DNA from: Vicugna vicugna
Taxonomy: Eukaryota
DNA length: 64,000 nucleotides
NCBI GenBank assembly: GCA_013265495.1
Contig: MU057584.1
Location: 288,608 to 352,607, forward strand
Reading direction: 5' to 3'
In this document: positions 12,019 to 24,706 of the stretch, one piece after another
Position numbering within the stretch: the first letter of the stretch is position 1
How the letters are laid out: every line of letters starts with the position of its first letter
Notes under the pieces: generated by a model
Told to the model about the DNA's origin: nothing
Databases searched by the model: none
Seen by the model: only the letters and a program-made list of their open reading frames with translations
Translations under genes and position numbers: made by a program

Positions 12019-12475
12019 ACCCTTCCCATGGACTGTTAATGCCTGCTGGCATGCTTGCCCGGAAGGAGTGCCTGCATCAATTATTGATGTCTGACTAGAC
12101 GGTGGAGTCAGTAGCCCCGTGTTTGCTTCCCCTGCGCTTCAGCCAGGTGTTCTACTCTAAGGGGGACCCAAAGAACTTACTCCCAGTTCAAGGCCTACTC
12201 AGAATACACTGTGACTCACGATTACAGAGGCACAGCAAGGTTCCATAGGTATTTTAACAATGTCTGGCTCATTCAATCACTCAAGAAATATTTACTGAGC
12301 ACCTTCTGTGTCGGGATCCATGCTAGATGCTGGAGATATTGCCATGAACAAGACAGACTTGGTCTCTGCTTTCACAGAGTTTACAGATTCAACCTCCAAA
12401 ATCCAGCCCATTCTTTGCCCAAGTCCTCAGCCCACCCCGCTTTCCACCCAACCCAACCTTTTCCCTCTCTCAAAC

Positions 12476-12529
12476 TCTCTCTCTCTCTCTCTTACACACA
12501 CAGAGACAAACACACACACACACACACAC
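12476..12529. repeat. (CT)n-(CA)n compound microsatellite
   Basis: Seen directly. Confidence 0.9.
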
Positions 12530-15500
12530 TTAGTAAGTAAATTTTCTCTAAATTCCAGTATTTCTAGAAAACATAATTGTATATGCTAGAGTGGGAAGGA
12601 GGAATAAAAGACATATAACAGAGAACAAATAATTACTAAAGCCATTCATTCATTCATACATTCACTCATTCAACACACCTTTCTCTGGCACCTGGTCTGT
12701 GTGGAGCCCTGTGCTGGGCAGTACTGGGAACCCAAAGGTGGCCGTGAGAGCCACACCCTGCCCTCCCAGGGCTCACAGTCCAGTGGGAGAGACAGAAGCA
12801 CCCCCAGATAGTGACAACCCAGAGTAGTCTGGGCTGGGACATGGGAGCCCAGAAGGGACTCCTGATCCAGCCTGGGGGATCAGGAGGGCATCCTGCAGAG
12901 GGGCCAGCTGTCCTGGAGAACACACTGAGATGATGAACACGAGCAGCCACATCTCCTGAAGGTGATATTTACCAGACACTGCGCTCAAGGGCTTTAATGC
13001 ATCCTTTCCGTTTATTTCCCCAAACCCTGGAAAGTGGATGCTATTATTAGTTCCATTTCACAGATGAGGAAGTTGAATTGTCACTGCCTAGCTGTGAGTT
13101 GCACAGCCCTGGGATCTGCCTCTGTGGAACTTAAAGCCCAGTGGGTGACACAAATCTATCCCTAGAGAGTGACACATCAGAGTGGGCAGGGCTGGGACAG
13201 TGGGGCTCAGGGGGCTCTGGGAGACCAGAGGAGGGATTTGCCCAGCCCGGGGCAGGGAGGTTCCTGGAAGGCTTCCTGGAGAAGGGGATGGCTCAGCCAT
13301 GACCTAAAGTGGGAGTAGCCAGTGAAGAACAGAGGGAAAATGTTCCAGCCTTAAGGTGAGCAAACATGATCTTTTTAGGACTACAAGGGTTTCCGCCTGG
13401 CTGACGTGTAAAGGGGGAGAGGAAGAGACAGCAGACTTTCATCAGGGGCCAAGTCACGCAGGGTTCCTGGACTCTTTCCTGCAAATGACAGGGATGTGCT
13501 GAAGGGTGTGGCTCTGATTACTCACAGTGGGTAGAAGTAGACTGAGAGGATGTGGGTTTCATTTCCTTCCTTGGGTTGTGAGAGGACTGTAGGATCTGGA
13601 AGGGGAGAACCGAGGGGAGCAACCATTGTGAGGTACCACTACACCCCAAAAGATATGAGGGTTGTAGGGGGGCGCTGGTGGGAGGTGAGAGAGAGGACAT
13701 GCCCCCTCTGGTAGCTCTCGGGGAAGGACAGGCAGGTGGCTGTTATTTGGGGCTTTCTCTGCCAGTTTTCTCCCACCCAGCCTCAGAGTACAGAAGGTAA
13801 AAGCTCTGCCCTCGCCAACCCCACCACCCCATTCTCTATCCAGTCCACGACCGCACCACAAAGAGGACAGGACAGGGGTTTTCATCACTGTTTTCCACGT
13901 GAGGAATATGAGATTTAGCTGCCATGAGGTCTTTGCCCTGCACAAAACTCTGCGGCTCAACACAAAACTGTTAATCAATTATACTTCAATTAAAAAAGAA
14001 AAAACAACCCTATGGCTCTCTGCTGCCCACGTGCCTCCTGGTCAGGATGCACAGCAAGGTGCTACAAGCCCCAGGACGCCAGAAATAATATCTGCTGTTT
14101 GTTGAGCAGAAAAATAAACAACATTTTTAGCCATATAACTCATTTCTAAATAACTGATTTAACCATCACCTCATGTTTTCATGATCCTCTATTTTACAGG
14201 TGAGAAAAAGGAGGCAAGAGAATCATACAGGTTGCTTAGAATCACCAGCTGTTAGTTGGTGAAGATGGAATTTGAACCAAGGGAGTCACACTCAGAAGCC
14301 CCCACCTCATCGTTCTCAGCCTCCATCTCTCTCCCCCTCCCCTCTTCTTTCTTCCTTTCTCTCTCTCCCCTTCCCTCCTTCTCTTTCTCTCCCCACCCTC
14401 CTGCCCAGCCTCCAGGTTCCTACGTCAAACCCTTTGTGACAAACCTTCACATCTGAAATTGTAAAAGCTTCAGTTCACTACCATGAGCCACCCTGGGTAG
14501 GAAACCCCGCCATACTCCAACTTTGCTGGCAAGAGCACTGAATGACAATTTGGCACCATTCTCCGAGACCACAAATACGCATGCCCTTTGACCCAGCAAA
14601 TTCACTTCTAGGAACCTATGGAACTGATACTGTCGCACACGTGTGAAATGGCGTGGATGTGGTTACTCAGAGAAGGATCGTTTGCCAATGCTAAGAGTTG
14701 GAAACATTTGAAACGGCTATCTGCTGAGGACAGGTTCAAAATTTTTGCTGTGTTCATCCAAAGGAATGCTCCATGGCTATGAATAAGCAAACGAATGCAT
14801 GAGACGGCTTGTTTTGTCCTTTTATGGAAAGATCACCGAGATACATTGTCAAGTAAAAAGCAGAAAGAGGCAGAATGATGCTACGATTTATTGTTTCCAA
14901 TGTGGGAGAGAAGAATAAGGAAATATTTTCCCCATTGCTTGATGATACAAGCTTCCAGATGATTCTCCTGGATGCAGAAGTTAGAAAACCAAGACTTTCA
15001 TGGGATGAGCCCCAAGGAATTGTAACAGGCCCGTTGGAGACATCCATTCACTTATTTATTCTTTCAATAGATATTTCAGCACTTGTGTAAAGAAAAATGT
15101 CCAGAACTGGTCCCAACCCTCAAGGAATTTAGAATCTTGACAGGGAGACGCACAGAAGCAAGCAGTTATGTCCAAAAGCCACACTTGCTTTTCCTTCCAA
15201 ACCTACCACTTCTGACATCGTCCCCATTTCAGTCAAAGGCCCTCCTCCTCCCGCCAGGTCAGGACCTTGGGGTCCTCGGTGAGAAAGAGAGGTTTCCCTC
15301 ATGCCCTGCATCCAATTTGCTGGCAAATCCCTGGGTCTCTACCTTCAAAATACATTAGAATCCAACCGCTTGTTCTCTCCAACCCCACCACACCCAGTGG
15401 TGAGCCTCCATCACCTCCCACCTGGACCACTGCAGTCACTTCCCCACTGGCTTCAACCCTCAACCCCCTACAGCCTGTCCCCAACATGGCAGCCAGAGGG

Positions 15501-16022
15501 ATCCCATTAAAACACAAGTCTGATCACATCAGCTCAAAACCCTCCAAAGTCTTCCCATCTCCATAAAATGTAAACATCTTACCATGGGCCACTCAGTCCA
15601 ATAATATTCGACCCCTTCCTACCTCTCCAAACTATTCCTTATACCCCCATCACTCTTCCCACTCTAGCCACACCGGCCCCTTTGTCAAGTCAGTAAGCAG
15701 GTTTGTGCCTCAGGGCTTTTGCACTTGCTTTTTTCCTGGGCCTGAATTATCCCCAGGCAATTGCCGGGCTGACTTCATTTAGGTTTCAACTCCCCATCTC
15801 AGAGAGGATTTTTCTATCAGTCAGCTTTCACTGGATTTTGCTGCAATAACAAACAATCCCCAAATCTTGGTGCTTTGAATCATCAACTCCTCATTCATGT
15901 TACACGTTGACAGCAGGTCAGCTGTGGCTCTCCTTCACACATCTTCTTTGTCCTACGATCATGGCTGAAGGAGCAGCCCCATCTGGTACAGGCAGTTATG
16001 GGAACCAAAGAAGAACAACAGA

Positions 16023-16150
16023 GGGGAGGATTTAGGTCAAGTGGTAGAGCACGTGCTTAGCATGCACAAGGTCCTGGGTTCAGTCCCCAGCACCTCCATT
16101 ATAAATAAATAAATAAACAAACCTAGTTACCCGCCCCCCCCACCAAAAAA
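16023..16150 (+). mobile_element. tRNA-Ala-derived SINE (vic-1-like)
   Basis: tRNA-Ala head, (TAAA)n, CTAGTTACC-C-rich tail; flanking aagaagaacaa repeats. Confidence 0.88.
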
Positions 16151-16375
16151 AGAAGAAGAACAATGGATGAGCCAGGCCACAGCCTTAAAACATCTGCTCA
16201 GAACCGGCTCATGTGGTCCCCTCCAAATGCAAGTCAATTGATGACACCTAGTGCACAGGCTCACACCTGCATCAAGAAGCACAAAGCTGTGAAGGTTTTT
16301 TTGTTTCTACCTTGGGAAGGAAGAATACATAGAAGAAGCTAGAAAAGGGAGAGTCAAAAGTGTTGGGCAGCCACA

Positions 16376-16514
16376 GTGGGTGGGGAGGGTATAGCTCAGT
16401 GGTAGAGCACATGCTTAGCATGCACAAGGTCCTGGGTTCAATCCCCAGTATCTCCATTAAAAACAATAATTGTAGTAGTAAATAAATAAATAAATCTAGT
16501 TACCCCCCCCCAAA
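16376..16514 (+). mobile_element. tRNA-Ala-derived SINE (vic-1-like) with perfect 20-bp TSD
   Basis: AAAAGTGTTGGGCAGCCACA at 16356-16375 and 16515-16534. Confidence 0.92.
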
Positions 16515-17939
16515 AAAAGTGTTGGGCAGCCACAAAGGAGGAATATTGAAGAAGTTCTTCCTTGTCTCCTTACTGTGTCTTATTTTTTTTCACAGCTTTT
16601 ACAATTCCCTGGTATGTATAGTACCTGTCTACATTTTTAAAAAATTATCTTTCTCTCCCCAAGTCCCATCCAGCACGGGACCTCCAGGAGGGCAGGAATT
16701 TTGTCTCTTGCTCACTGCTGTATCTTCAGTGCATAGGACAGGGCCAAGCACACAGTGGGTGTTTAATAAACATGCACTGATTGAATGAATACAAAGAGCA
16801 AAAGGCCATGGGGAGAGAGCCCCGGGAGCTGTGGGAACCAGAGGTGGGTGGCTTCAGTGAAACCCCAGACCGCCCCTCAGGGCTCAGAGGTGGGGAGTGG
16901 CCAGGGGAGAGGCTGTCAGGGGAACCAGACAGCTCCTTGACTCAATCCACCCTTTCCGACTGGCACTAATCTCCCTCCAGCACATTCTCATCCAGCCTCA
17001 TCCAGACCTGCAATAAGACATTTTATTTAATTCAGCAATTTTGACAGCCTGGACCTTTTGGCCTTCCCAAGTATTTACTGACTCAAAGGTTTTTTACCCT
17101 GGGAATACCAGCCACCAAAGGCCCTCTCCCTCCTACTGACCCTCACCACACCCAAGCCCTATCCCTGAGATCTGCCCTTTTCTTGATCCCATCTTTGACT
17201 TCATCCCTAACCTTTGCCCCATCCCTGCCCCTCAGCCCTGCCTTGACCCCCACTTTTGAGCTTCAGTAACAGAACCTATATCATTGCCATTGCACAGAAT
17301 TGTTCAGGACCAAGGCTCTCATTGTTTGTTTTCAGACAGAGGCCCCATTCCTGTCACCAAGAAGTCAGATGCCTGGTGGGGAAGAGACAGAATATGGGGT
17401 GAAGTGAGCTCTAAATCTCAAGTCCAAACACTGGCGAGGGGACGAGGCAGCCTCTGACCATCCAGAGCCCGAGAGGAGGCTGCTGAAACCACAGTAGCCA
17501 TAGCCGGGAGCCCTGGGAGGAGGGGAACTCCCGAAGGTGACATCATGGTCCAGGGGAGGAACACAGAAGCTGCCACAGGTTCCCAATTCGGAAATAACTC
17601 AGTGGCCCAGAAAAAGAGTGTCAGAAAATTCAGAGATTTCCCAGAGACCAGCCTCAACAGTTCTATTCAGAAACTCACCCACATACATCCAGAGTGAAAA
17701 ACACCAAGCATCGGAGCCACGCACTCACCCACGGCTGTGCCAAGACGGAGAGGGCAGCAGGAAACAGAACCCCTCAAACTGGCCAAAGCCCAGAGGGTAT
17801 TTTCTCAAAGGATATAAGGATGTCACAGAACAAGGGTCAGAGTCACTAGCAGGCCAGGTGGGGACCAGGAAGTCTCCCAAGCTCTATGTCCGAGTAGATG
17901 GCTGTCTGGGTCTCTCTCTGAACTCTCAGTTCTCTCCCA

Positions 17940-18720
17940 TCTCACTGACCGTCCTGTCACCGGAATTCGACGACAAGTGTCAGCGCAGGCGCGGAGGGAG
18001 GGACTCAGCCGGCGCACCAGGAGCCGGGCGGGGACAGGGCGCCCTGGTCTTCCTCTAAGCCAGTCTGCGGAGGGAAGAAGCCGAACTTCCCCTCCCTGCC
18101 CCCAGGCCGCGGCGGCGGAGCGCGGCCGCGATTCCCGGGCAGGAGCGGCGGAATCAGGGCCGCCGGCGGCGGCGCGGCCACAGCGAGCGGACGCCGGGTT
18201 AGTGGAGAAGGCGGCGCGCCCAGCATGGCTCAAGCCGTTCTCTTAGCTTGGCCACGGCTGCTGATACCCCTGCTGTCTCTGTTCTGGTGGCGCACGGGAG
18301 CCGGTGAGTGACCCCGCGCGGCCGGGCTGCCCCTGCTCCCCTCCTCCCTCTTCACCAGCCCGGGCACTCGGTCCCCTGCGTTCCCCGAGGCTGAGAGCGC
18401 CGTCCTCCCCGATCCGCTCCGCCCCAGGGATGGAGGGATGCCGGGCCGGAGTCGGACCCTTCAGCGAGCTTCCCGGAAAAGCAGCCAGACTTCGGTCAGC
18501 CTCGGGGTAAAATAAAGTGGGTGTGCTGTGCCCTGGCACGGCACCTGGCGAACCTGCTCACCCTGCTCACTACTCGCAAACCCTTCTCCCCGGCTGCCAA
18601 CAGCCCGCTGCCGGTGAGAGAGGATGCTGCATGGGGGAAAGAGGGGCAGCGGCACAGAACCCCGTTCCCCTTTGACCCCAAATGTGTGGCTCTAAGGACG
18701 TGGCCGTTCGTTCGTTCGTG
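17940..18720. promoter_or_regulatory. PVR: CpG island / promoter of PVR
   Basis: Dense CpG, GC-rich, GGGCGG box at ~18026, spans the ATG at 18225 and exon 1. Confidence 0.9.
18225..18303 (+). CDS. PVR: PVR exon 1 (signal peptide)
   Basis: Kozak cagcATGG; MAQAVLLAWPRLLIPLLSLFWWRTGA; 79 coding nt; donor G|GTGAGT. Confidence 0.93.
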
Positions 18721-20773
18721 CATGCATTCATCCCACACACGTTTACTGAGTACCTACTATGTGTGGGGCAGCGTTCCAAGTATTGGGGATACAGCTCTGA
18801 TGTCAGACGGCCCCGGGTTCAAAATAGCTTTTGACATTTAATACTTGTGTGAGCTCAGGAAAGTGACCTAAGCTCTCTGTTTGCACAAAATGTGTGTTGG
18901 GGGTCTTGGAGTCGGGGTGGAATTGTACCTACCTTGTAAGGCTGTGTCTTGGGATGATGCTGAGCTAGGTCAATGCACTCCAGAAGACAGTAATGATGAT
19001 AGCGACCATTCATGTGAAGAACAGTAGTATTGAGTGTAGACTCCTTCGTGTCCTCATTTCCCAAAGGTCCCATGCTCTGCCCCTTGCTTGCTGGTCAGCC
19101 TAGGCGAGTAGTTTGACCTTCCAAAGCTCACTTGCCCTTCGATCCAACGGGGATGAAAATACTAATGTGTGCCCCATGGACTGTGGAGAGGGTTGGAGAC
19201 AGCCTTGCTTAAGGGAGCAGCCCAGCGCCTGGCACACATTAGGAGCTTGGACCTGGCTATTACACAGGCAACAAGCCCAGAGAAAGGTCATTTCACCCAA
19301 TTTCATCCTCATAGTGGCCTTGCCATCAGAGGAGACTCACTCGCTCAGAGCAGCACAGCACATCAGCGGTGGAGCTGGCATCCGAACCTAGACTGGCATG
19401 CTCACCACCCCACAATCCCCTTGAGTCCAGACCATGCCCTTCTTCCACACAGCAAGCTCCTAGCACCCCTGCCCACTACCTCCCAGCCTCCTCTTCTTCA
19501 TAACAATACTTATGATATTGGTCTTTATAGCGTGCTGGGCATATGCTTTCCAGAAATTTCATCCTTTAGTCCTCACAACACCCTGTCAAGTTATAACCAC
19601 TCCCACTTTACAGATGAGGAGACTGAGGCTCAGAGGAGTGAAACCACTGGCACAAAGGTCACAGCTAGTGAATGAGTAGCAGGACCAAGATTGAAAGAAC
19701 TTAATTCCTTCTCACCTCCTCCTCATCCTTATTATTATTTATAAGAATGCACAGCATTGTGTTTATCAATATCAAGAAAAGCCAACGAGTATTGAGGACC
19801 TACTATATGTTGGAGCCCTAGGAAGAAAGATTTTCATATGAAGTCTGGTGGATTAGAGGTCAGGAGTACCCTAGGTTCAAATCCCACCTCTTCCACTTGC
19901 CCACTGTATATGACCTGCATTAAAAGACTTGTTTCCCCCCTCTCTAAAGTTGGGCTGACCATAGTGTTTGCCTCGAGGAGCTATTTAAGGACTAAATGCT
20001 GGGAGACATGAGAAGCACTCAGAACAGTCCCTGATATGTGTAAGCAACTTGTGAATGTTTACTGTTACTAGTCCTATTTTACAAACTGGGAAAAAGAATC
20101 AGAGAGGTTAAGTAATCTGCCTGAAGCCTCACAGCAGAAATCTGGAAGGGATTCAAAACCCTAGGGCTATCATCACCTCCCTTCTTGTGCCAAGATCCCC
20201 TACAAATATTTTCCTACCTCCAGACCACGGAGAGTAATCATAATACCATATTTCATGGATTCTGAGACCTTGAGTTTCTTCCCATTTTCAGACCTTTAAA
20301 TCAGAGATGCTGTAACCACTGACAGTGAGTCGTGCTGTAAATGACAGCATCCCCAGTGCCTCTTAAAATCGATGTCTCTAGGGTGATGAAAAAAGTTTTG
20401 TAACTAGAAAGTGATGATGGTTGCACAACATCATGAATGTACTTACTGCCACTGCAAGATGGTACTTTTAAATTATTTAAATGGCAATTTTAAGTTTTTT
20501 AACCACAATAGTGACCACAATATTTTAAATGATGATGCTGACATAGAGGAAATACGGTAATAACAGCCCTTCGAAGGGGCGTGGGCCTGGTTGCAAACCC
20601 AGTCCAGCCCCGCTAACCCTTGCTGCTGCCCAGATCCAGAATGATTCCCACCCCACCCCCCCTACACGCTCCCAACCAAGGGGCTCCAGGCCCCAGGCAA
20701 GCGACCTCCTGGTCGCCCCTCCCCATTCAGATCAGGGACACCCGGGTGTGACCCGCCCCGTGTTTCCCCACAG

Positions 20774-21133
20774 AGACTGAGGTGGTCAGTGTACTGGCCC
20801 CTGCCCAGGTGCACGGCTTCCTGGGCGACACCGTGAAGCTGCCATGCAAATTACAGCTCATGGAGGATAAAGTGACAGTGACTCAGGTGACTTGGACCCG
20901 GCAGAAGCCGACGGAGGCCATCCGCAGCGTGGCAGTCTTCCACCCTACCCAGGGCCCCAGTTTCCCCGAGCCCGGGCGGTTGGAGTTTGTGGCCGCCAAG
21001 CCAGGAGAGGAGCTGCGGGACGCGTCGCTGGCCTTGCGGGGGTTGGGCGCAGAGGATGAGGCCAACTACACCTGCCAGTTCGCCATGTTCCCTCAAGGCG
21101 GCAGGAGCGCCCGAACCTGGCTCCGGGTGCTGG
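20774..21133 (+). CDS. PVR: PVR exon 2 (IgV D1)
   Basis: ccacag|AG ... G|GTGAGC. Reads GFLGDTVKLPC..VTQVTW..AVFHPTQGPSF..RLEFVAA..ELRDASL..EDEANYTCQFAMFPQG, typical of CD155 D1. Confidence 0.96.
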
Positions 21134-22671
21134 GTGAGCCGGGATGACTGGGGACGAAAGGGAAGGGCGTGGCGCAGGGGTGGGGTGGGGTGCGGTACGT
21201 AGAGAGGTAAGCACAGGGTGGGGATAGCCGGAAGGGAGTGAGATTCCCTCCAGAGCAGTGATTCTGCGGGCACAAAAGGATGTAGAGAAATGATGGGGGC
21301 AGGGGGGATGCAGAGGGGGAGGTTAGAAAGGGGAGGGGCTGGAGGACCAGAAGAGAGTAGCGATCATGGGGAGTAAGACCTTGGGAGACTGAGAGCAGAG
21401 GGGATGGAGAGGCTGGGAATGCTGTGTGGGGGAAGGTGGGGGCTGATGGGAGTACGGGGTGGGGGGAGAGGGAGGGGTCTAGGAAGCCCGGGGACCTGGG
21501 TTTGGACCCCAGCTAGCCACTACCAGCCTGGGCAAGGGGTTTCCTCTCAGAACCTCCTTTCCTCATCTGTAAAATAGGCTTAGTAAAAATACTGCTGCCT
21601 TCAGAAAGCTATCCTGAGGGTCCTGGGAGTTTATCAGGTGAATTGCTTAGAACAGAAGCCCATGTGAGCTAGCGACTACTCCCTTTGGGGAGGAAGAGTT
21701 GAAATAGACAGACTGGGAGGCAGGGATCCTGATACCCCGTAGTGGAGGGCTTTCCCCGTGGGGCCAGTTGCCCTTGGGCATTGTCATGGAATCCTGCGGT
21801 CATTTTCCTGAGCACCAGGGAGTCAGGCCTTCCTCTTGGCAATTGAGTACAATTGTTCAAGTTCCTCAGCTGTGAAAGGGAGCTCACTCTGACGATGAAT
21901 AAGAGCTGACATTACCTTTTCACTTAGATGCCAGGAACTGTTCCAAGCCTTGCATGAATGACTCATGAAAGGTTAAGTGCCTGGAACAATGCCTGGCATA
22001 CAGCACCCAGACAAAGGCAACTCTCATCATTTCAGAAAACTTGGGACTTCAGGACTGATGGTTTAGGATGAGGGTAAAACAGAACCAGTGAGTCAAGTTA
22101 AAGAGAAATCTTCAGTAACAATAACTCAGGTACTGATGAGAAAGGAACCAAGTGAAGCCCCAGGTCAGGGAATCACCAAAATGATGATTAAGAAACAGTC
22201 GAGGTAGTTTTGGAGTCAGATAGACCTCGTGTAAAAGCCCAGCTCTGCCGCTGTAACTTTGGGCCAGTCATTTTCCCTCTGAAACTCCAGGGCACAGCTC
22301 AGCCCTCCTCTCTTCCAAGAAGCCCTCTGCAACCACCTACATACCACCCCCAGATTCAGGCACCCCTTCTGGGCTCCCCCATCCCAGCCTTGCTCACTCA
22401 GAGTCATCACTGTCTAGGGAAGTCTCTCTTCCCCTTGGACCGCCCACCCCAGGAAGGCAAGGATGAGGCTGTCTCAGTCATTGCTGGGTCCTCAACGCTG
22501 CCCATCACAGAACCAGCCAATGGATTCAATTACCAATAATAAATAAATAAATAGGGCATTTATTATGTGCCAAGGACCGTTTTAAGAGCTTTACCTGCAT
22601 TTTCTCATCACCAATAACTCTATCATCATCCCCAGTGGACAGACAAGGAAACTGACTTGCCCAAGGCCACC

Positions 22672-22674
<3 letters not shown>

Positions 22675-22720
<46 letters not shown>
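22675..22720. repeat. (TA)n microsatellite
   Basis: About 22 perfect TA units. Confidence 0.95.
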
Positions 22721-22723
<3 letters not shown>

Positions 22724-22724
22724 C

Positions 22725-22860
22725 ACATTATTTTTATTCGTATTTATTTGGGGGAGTAATTGGGTTTTTGTTTATTTATTTTTAATGGAGGTACTGAGGA
22801 TTGAACCCAGGACCTTATGTGTGCTAGGCATGCGCTCTACCACTGAGCTACACCCTCCCC
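22725..22860 (-). mobile_element. tRNA-Ala-derived SINE (vic-1-like) next to a (TA)n microsatellite
   Basis: Reverse-complement head at ~22785-22860. Confidence 0.88.
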
Positions 22861-22984
22861 AACCCAAGAGCTGAGATTTGAACCTGGCCATTCTGTACCC
22901 TCAATTAGCCACCCTCCTCTGCTGCTGAGATGTTTAAGTGACTTCAGGCAAGGAGTGACCCGTCTCTTTCACTCCTATCCCCAG

Positions 22985-23290
22985 CCAAACCCCAGAACAA
23001 GGCTGAGACCCAGGAGGTCCCACTCAGCCCACTCGGCCCAGAGCCTGTGCCTGTGGCCAGCTGTGTCTCCACGGGGGGTCGCCCGCCTGCCCACATCTCC
23101 TGGTCCTCGCACCTGGACAGGAAGGCAAATAAGAGCCAGGTGCCAGGGCCCCTGCCCGGCACCTTCACCGTCATCAGCCTCTTAACCTTAACACCTTCAA
23201 GCCAGATGGATGGCGAGAACGTCACGTGCAGAGTGGAGCATGAGAGTCTGGAGGAGCCGGCGTTGCTGCCTGTGATCCTCAGCATGCCCT
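22985..23290 (+). CDS. PVR: PVR exon 3 (IgC D2)
   Basis: ccccag|CC. Reads [48 protein letters not shown]; donor T|GTGAGT. Confidence 0.96.
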
Positions 23291-23334
23291 GTGAGTGTGC
23301 CCTGGTGGAGGGACCCCGCCCCCACCCTCCTCCT

Positions 23335-24160
23335 GCCACCGTCTACACTGACTTCCCGGGCCACTTTCAACATTACCCCATCATCCACACTAGCTTCCCC
23401 TGACTATCGTCTACACCCCCTACACCATCTACACTGGCTCTCCTGGGCCACAAACAACACTGTCTTTCATTGCCTAAACCAACAGCTAAGGCCACAGTCC
23501 ACATTCCTGTCCGGGTTGTCTACCTGGCTGTCCTGGCCACTATCTCCACCAACGCCCCACACTGGTTTCCTTGAGCCCAATCTACACACAGTGCCTACAT
23601 CTGCCTCCCTGGGCAACTGTCCACACCGACCGTGTCCACATGGCTGCACACTTCCCCATGGTCTACACCGACTCCCTTGTTCGTTTTCTATACTGCCTTA
23701 CCTTTGTCTACACTGGCTTCCCTGGGTCCCAGAAGCACTGCCTCCATTGTCTACACCAGTTAGGCCATCAGCTGTGGGGAGTTGTCACTGTTCCCCACGT
23801 TGCCTAAAGTGGTTCCCCTGACCACGCTACATTGACACCCCACATTTTCTACACTGGTTCTCCTAGGATGTCTCTCACACTGACCCGCAACACTGCCTAC
23901 ACTGGCTCCCTTAGAGAACTGTCCCCCCAGTGTAGTCTCCACTCCCCTCTGCCCCAATGTGGTCTATACTGGCTGGTCTAGGGTCTGTGCCCCCATCGTT
24001 GTCTGTACTGAATAGACCCTCCCAGGCAGCTGCTGCACTGATTCCCTCAGGCACTGTCTACACCGGACCCCTTCAACATTGCCACTGGGTCTGAGAGAGG
24101 AGGGGATCTCTACTGACTCCCCCACACACAAACACACACATTCTGTCTCACTGGCCTTCC
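23335..24160 (+). repeat. Degenerate tandem array of GTCTACACTG-like motifs in PVR intron 3
   Basis: About 20-25 variants at irregular, mostly 20-60 bp spacing. Confidence 0.75.
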
Positions 24161-24588
24161 TCCTGGGGATTTTGAATAGTCTTCCCTGTCGCTCACTTTT
24201 GGGTTGGATAAGCAGCAGGCTGAAAAAACATCATCCAGGATTCTTTCCTGCAGGACTTGTCAGAGCCTTGAATATGCTCCTGTGCATTCTGAGCGCCCAG
24301 GAGGTCCAAGGCACGCCAGGACCTGGCTTTACCCAGGAAAAGGAGTAGAGAGAAGCAGGTCCTGAGATGCCCTCCCTGTGCCTCACCACCTCTCACCCTC
24401 CGGAGGACTCCCCAGGCTTCTATTCTCAGAGGGAACCCACTGCCCCAGACCCCTTCCAGGCCTCTCCATCTTGGGCCCTTCCCGAAACCCACTGAGGCCT
24501 TTTCCAGTTGTGACATGAATTCCAAATATCTTTAGGCTGACTATGTGAAGGCTCCCTGTCTCTGAGCCTATGTGTCTGTTTCCCCCAG

Positions 24589-24706
24589 ATTCCCCTGAGG
24601 TTTCCATCTCTGGCTATGATGACAACTGGTACCTTGGCCTCCGTGGGGCCACCCTGCACTGTGACGTCCGCAGCAAACCAGAGCCCACGGGCTATAACTG
24701 GAGCAC
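24589..24706 (+). CDS. PVR: PVR exon 4 (D3 first half, 118 nt)
   Basis: cccccag|[42 protein letters not shown]; donor AC|GTGAGT. Confidence 0.96.

Noticed and set aside
17537..18539. Several long overlapping ORFs on both strands around the PVR promoter
   Set aside because: Expected from stop-codon scarcity in a CpG island; no domain similarity.
23335..24160. Repeat-spacer-like pattern resembling a CRISPR array
   Set aside because: Mammalian intron; ~10-bp degenerate motif with irregular spacing and no cas genes.
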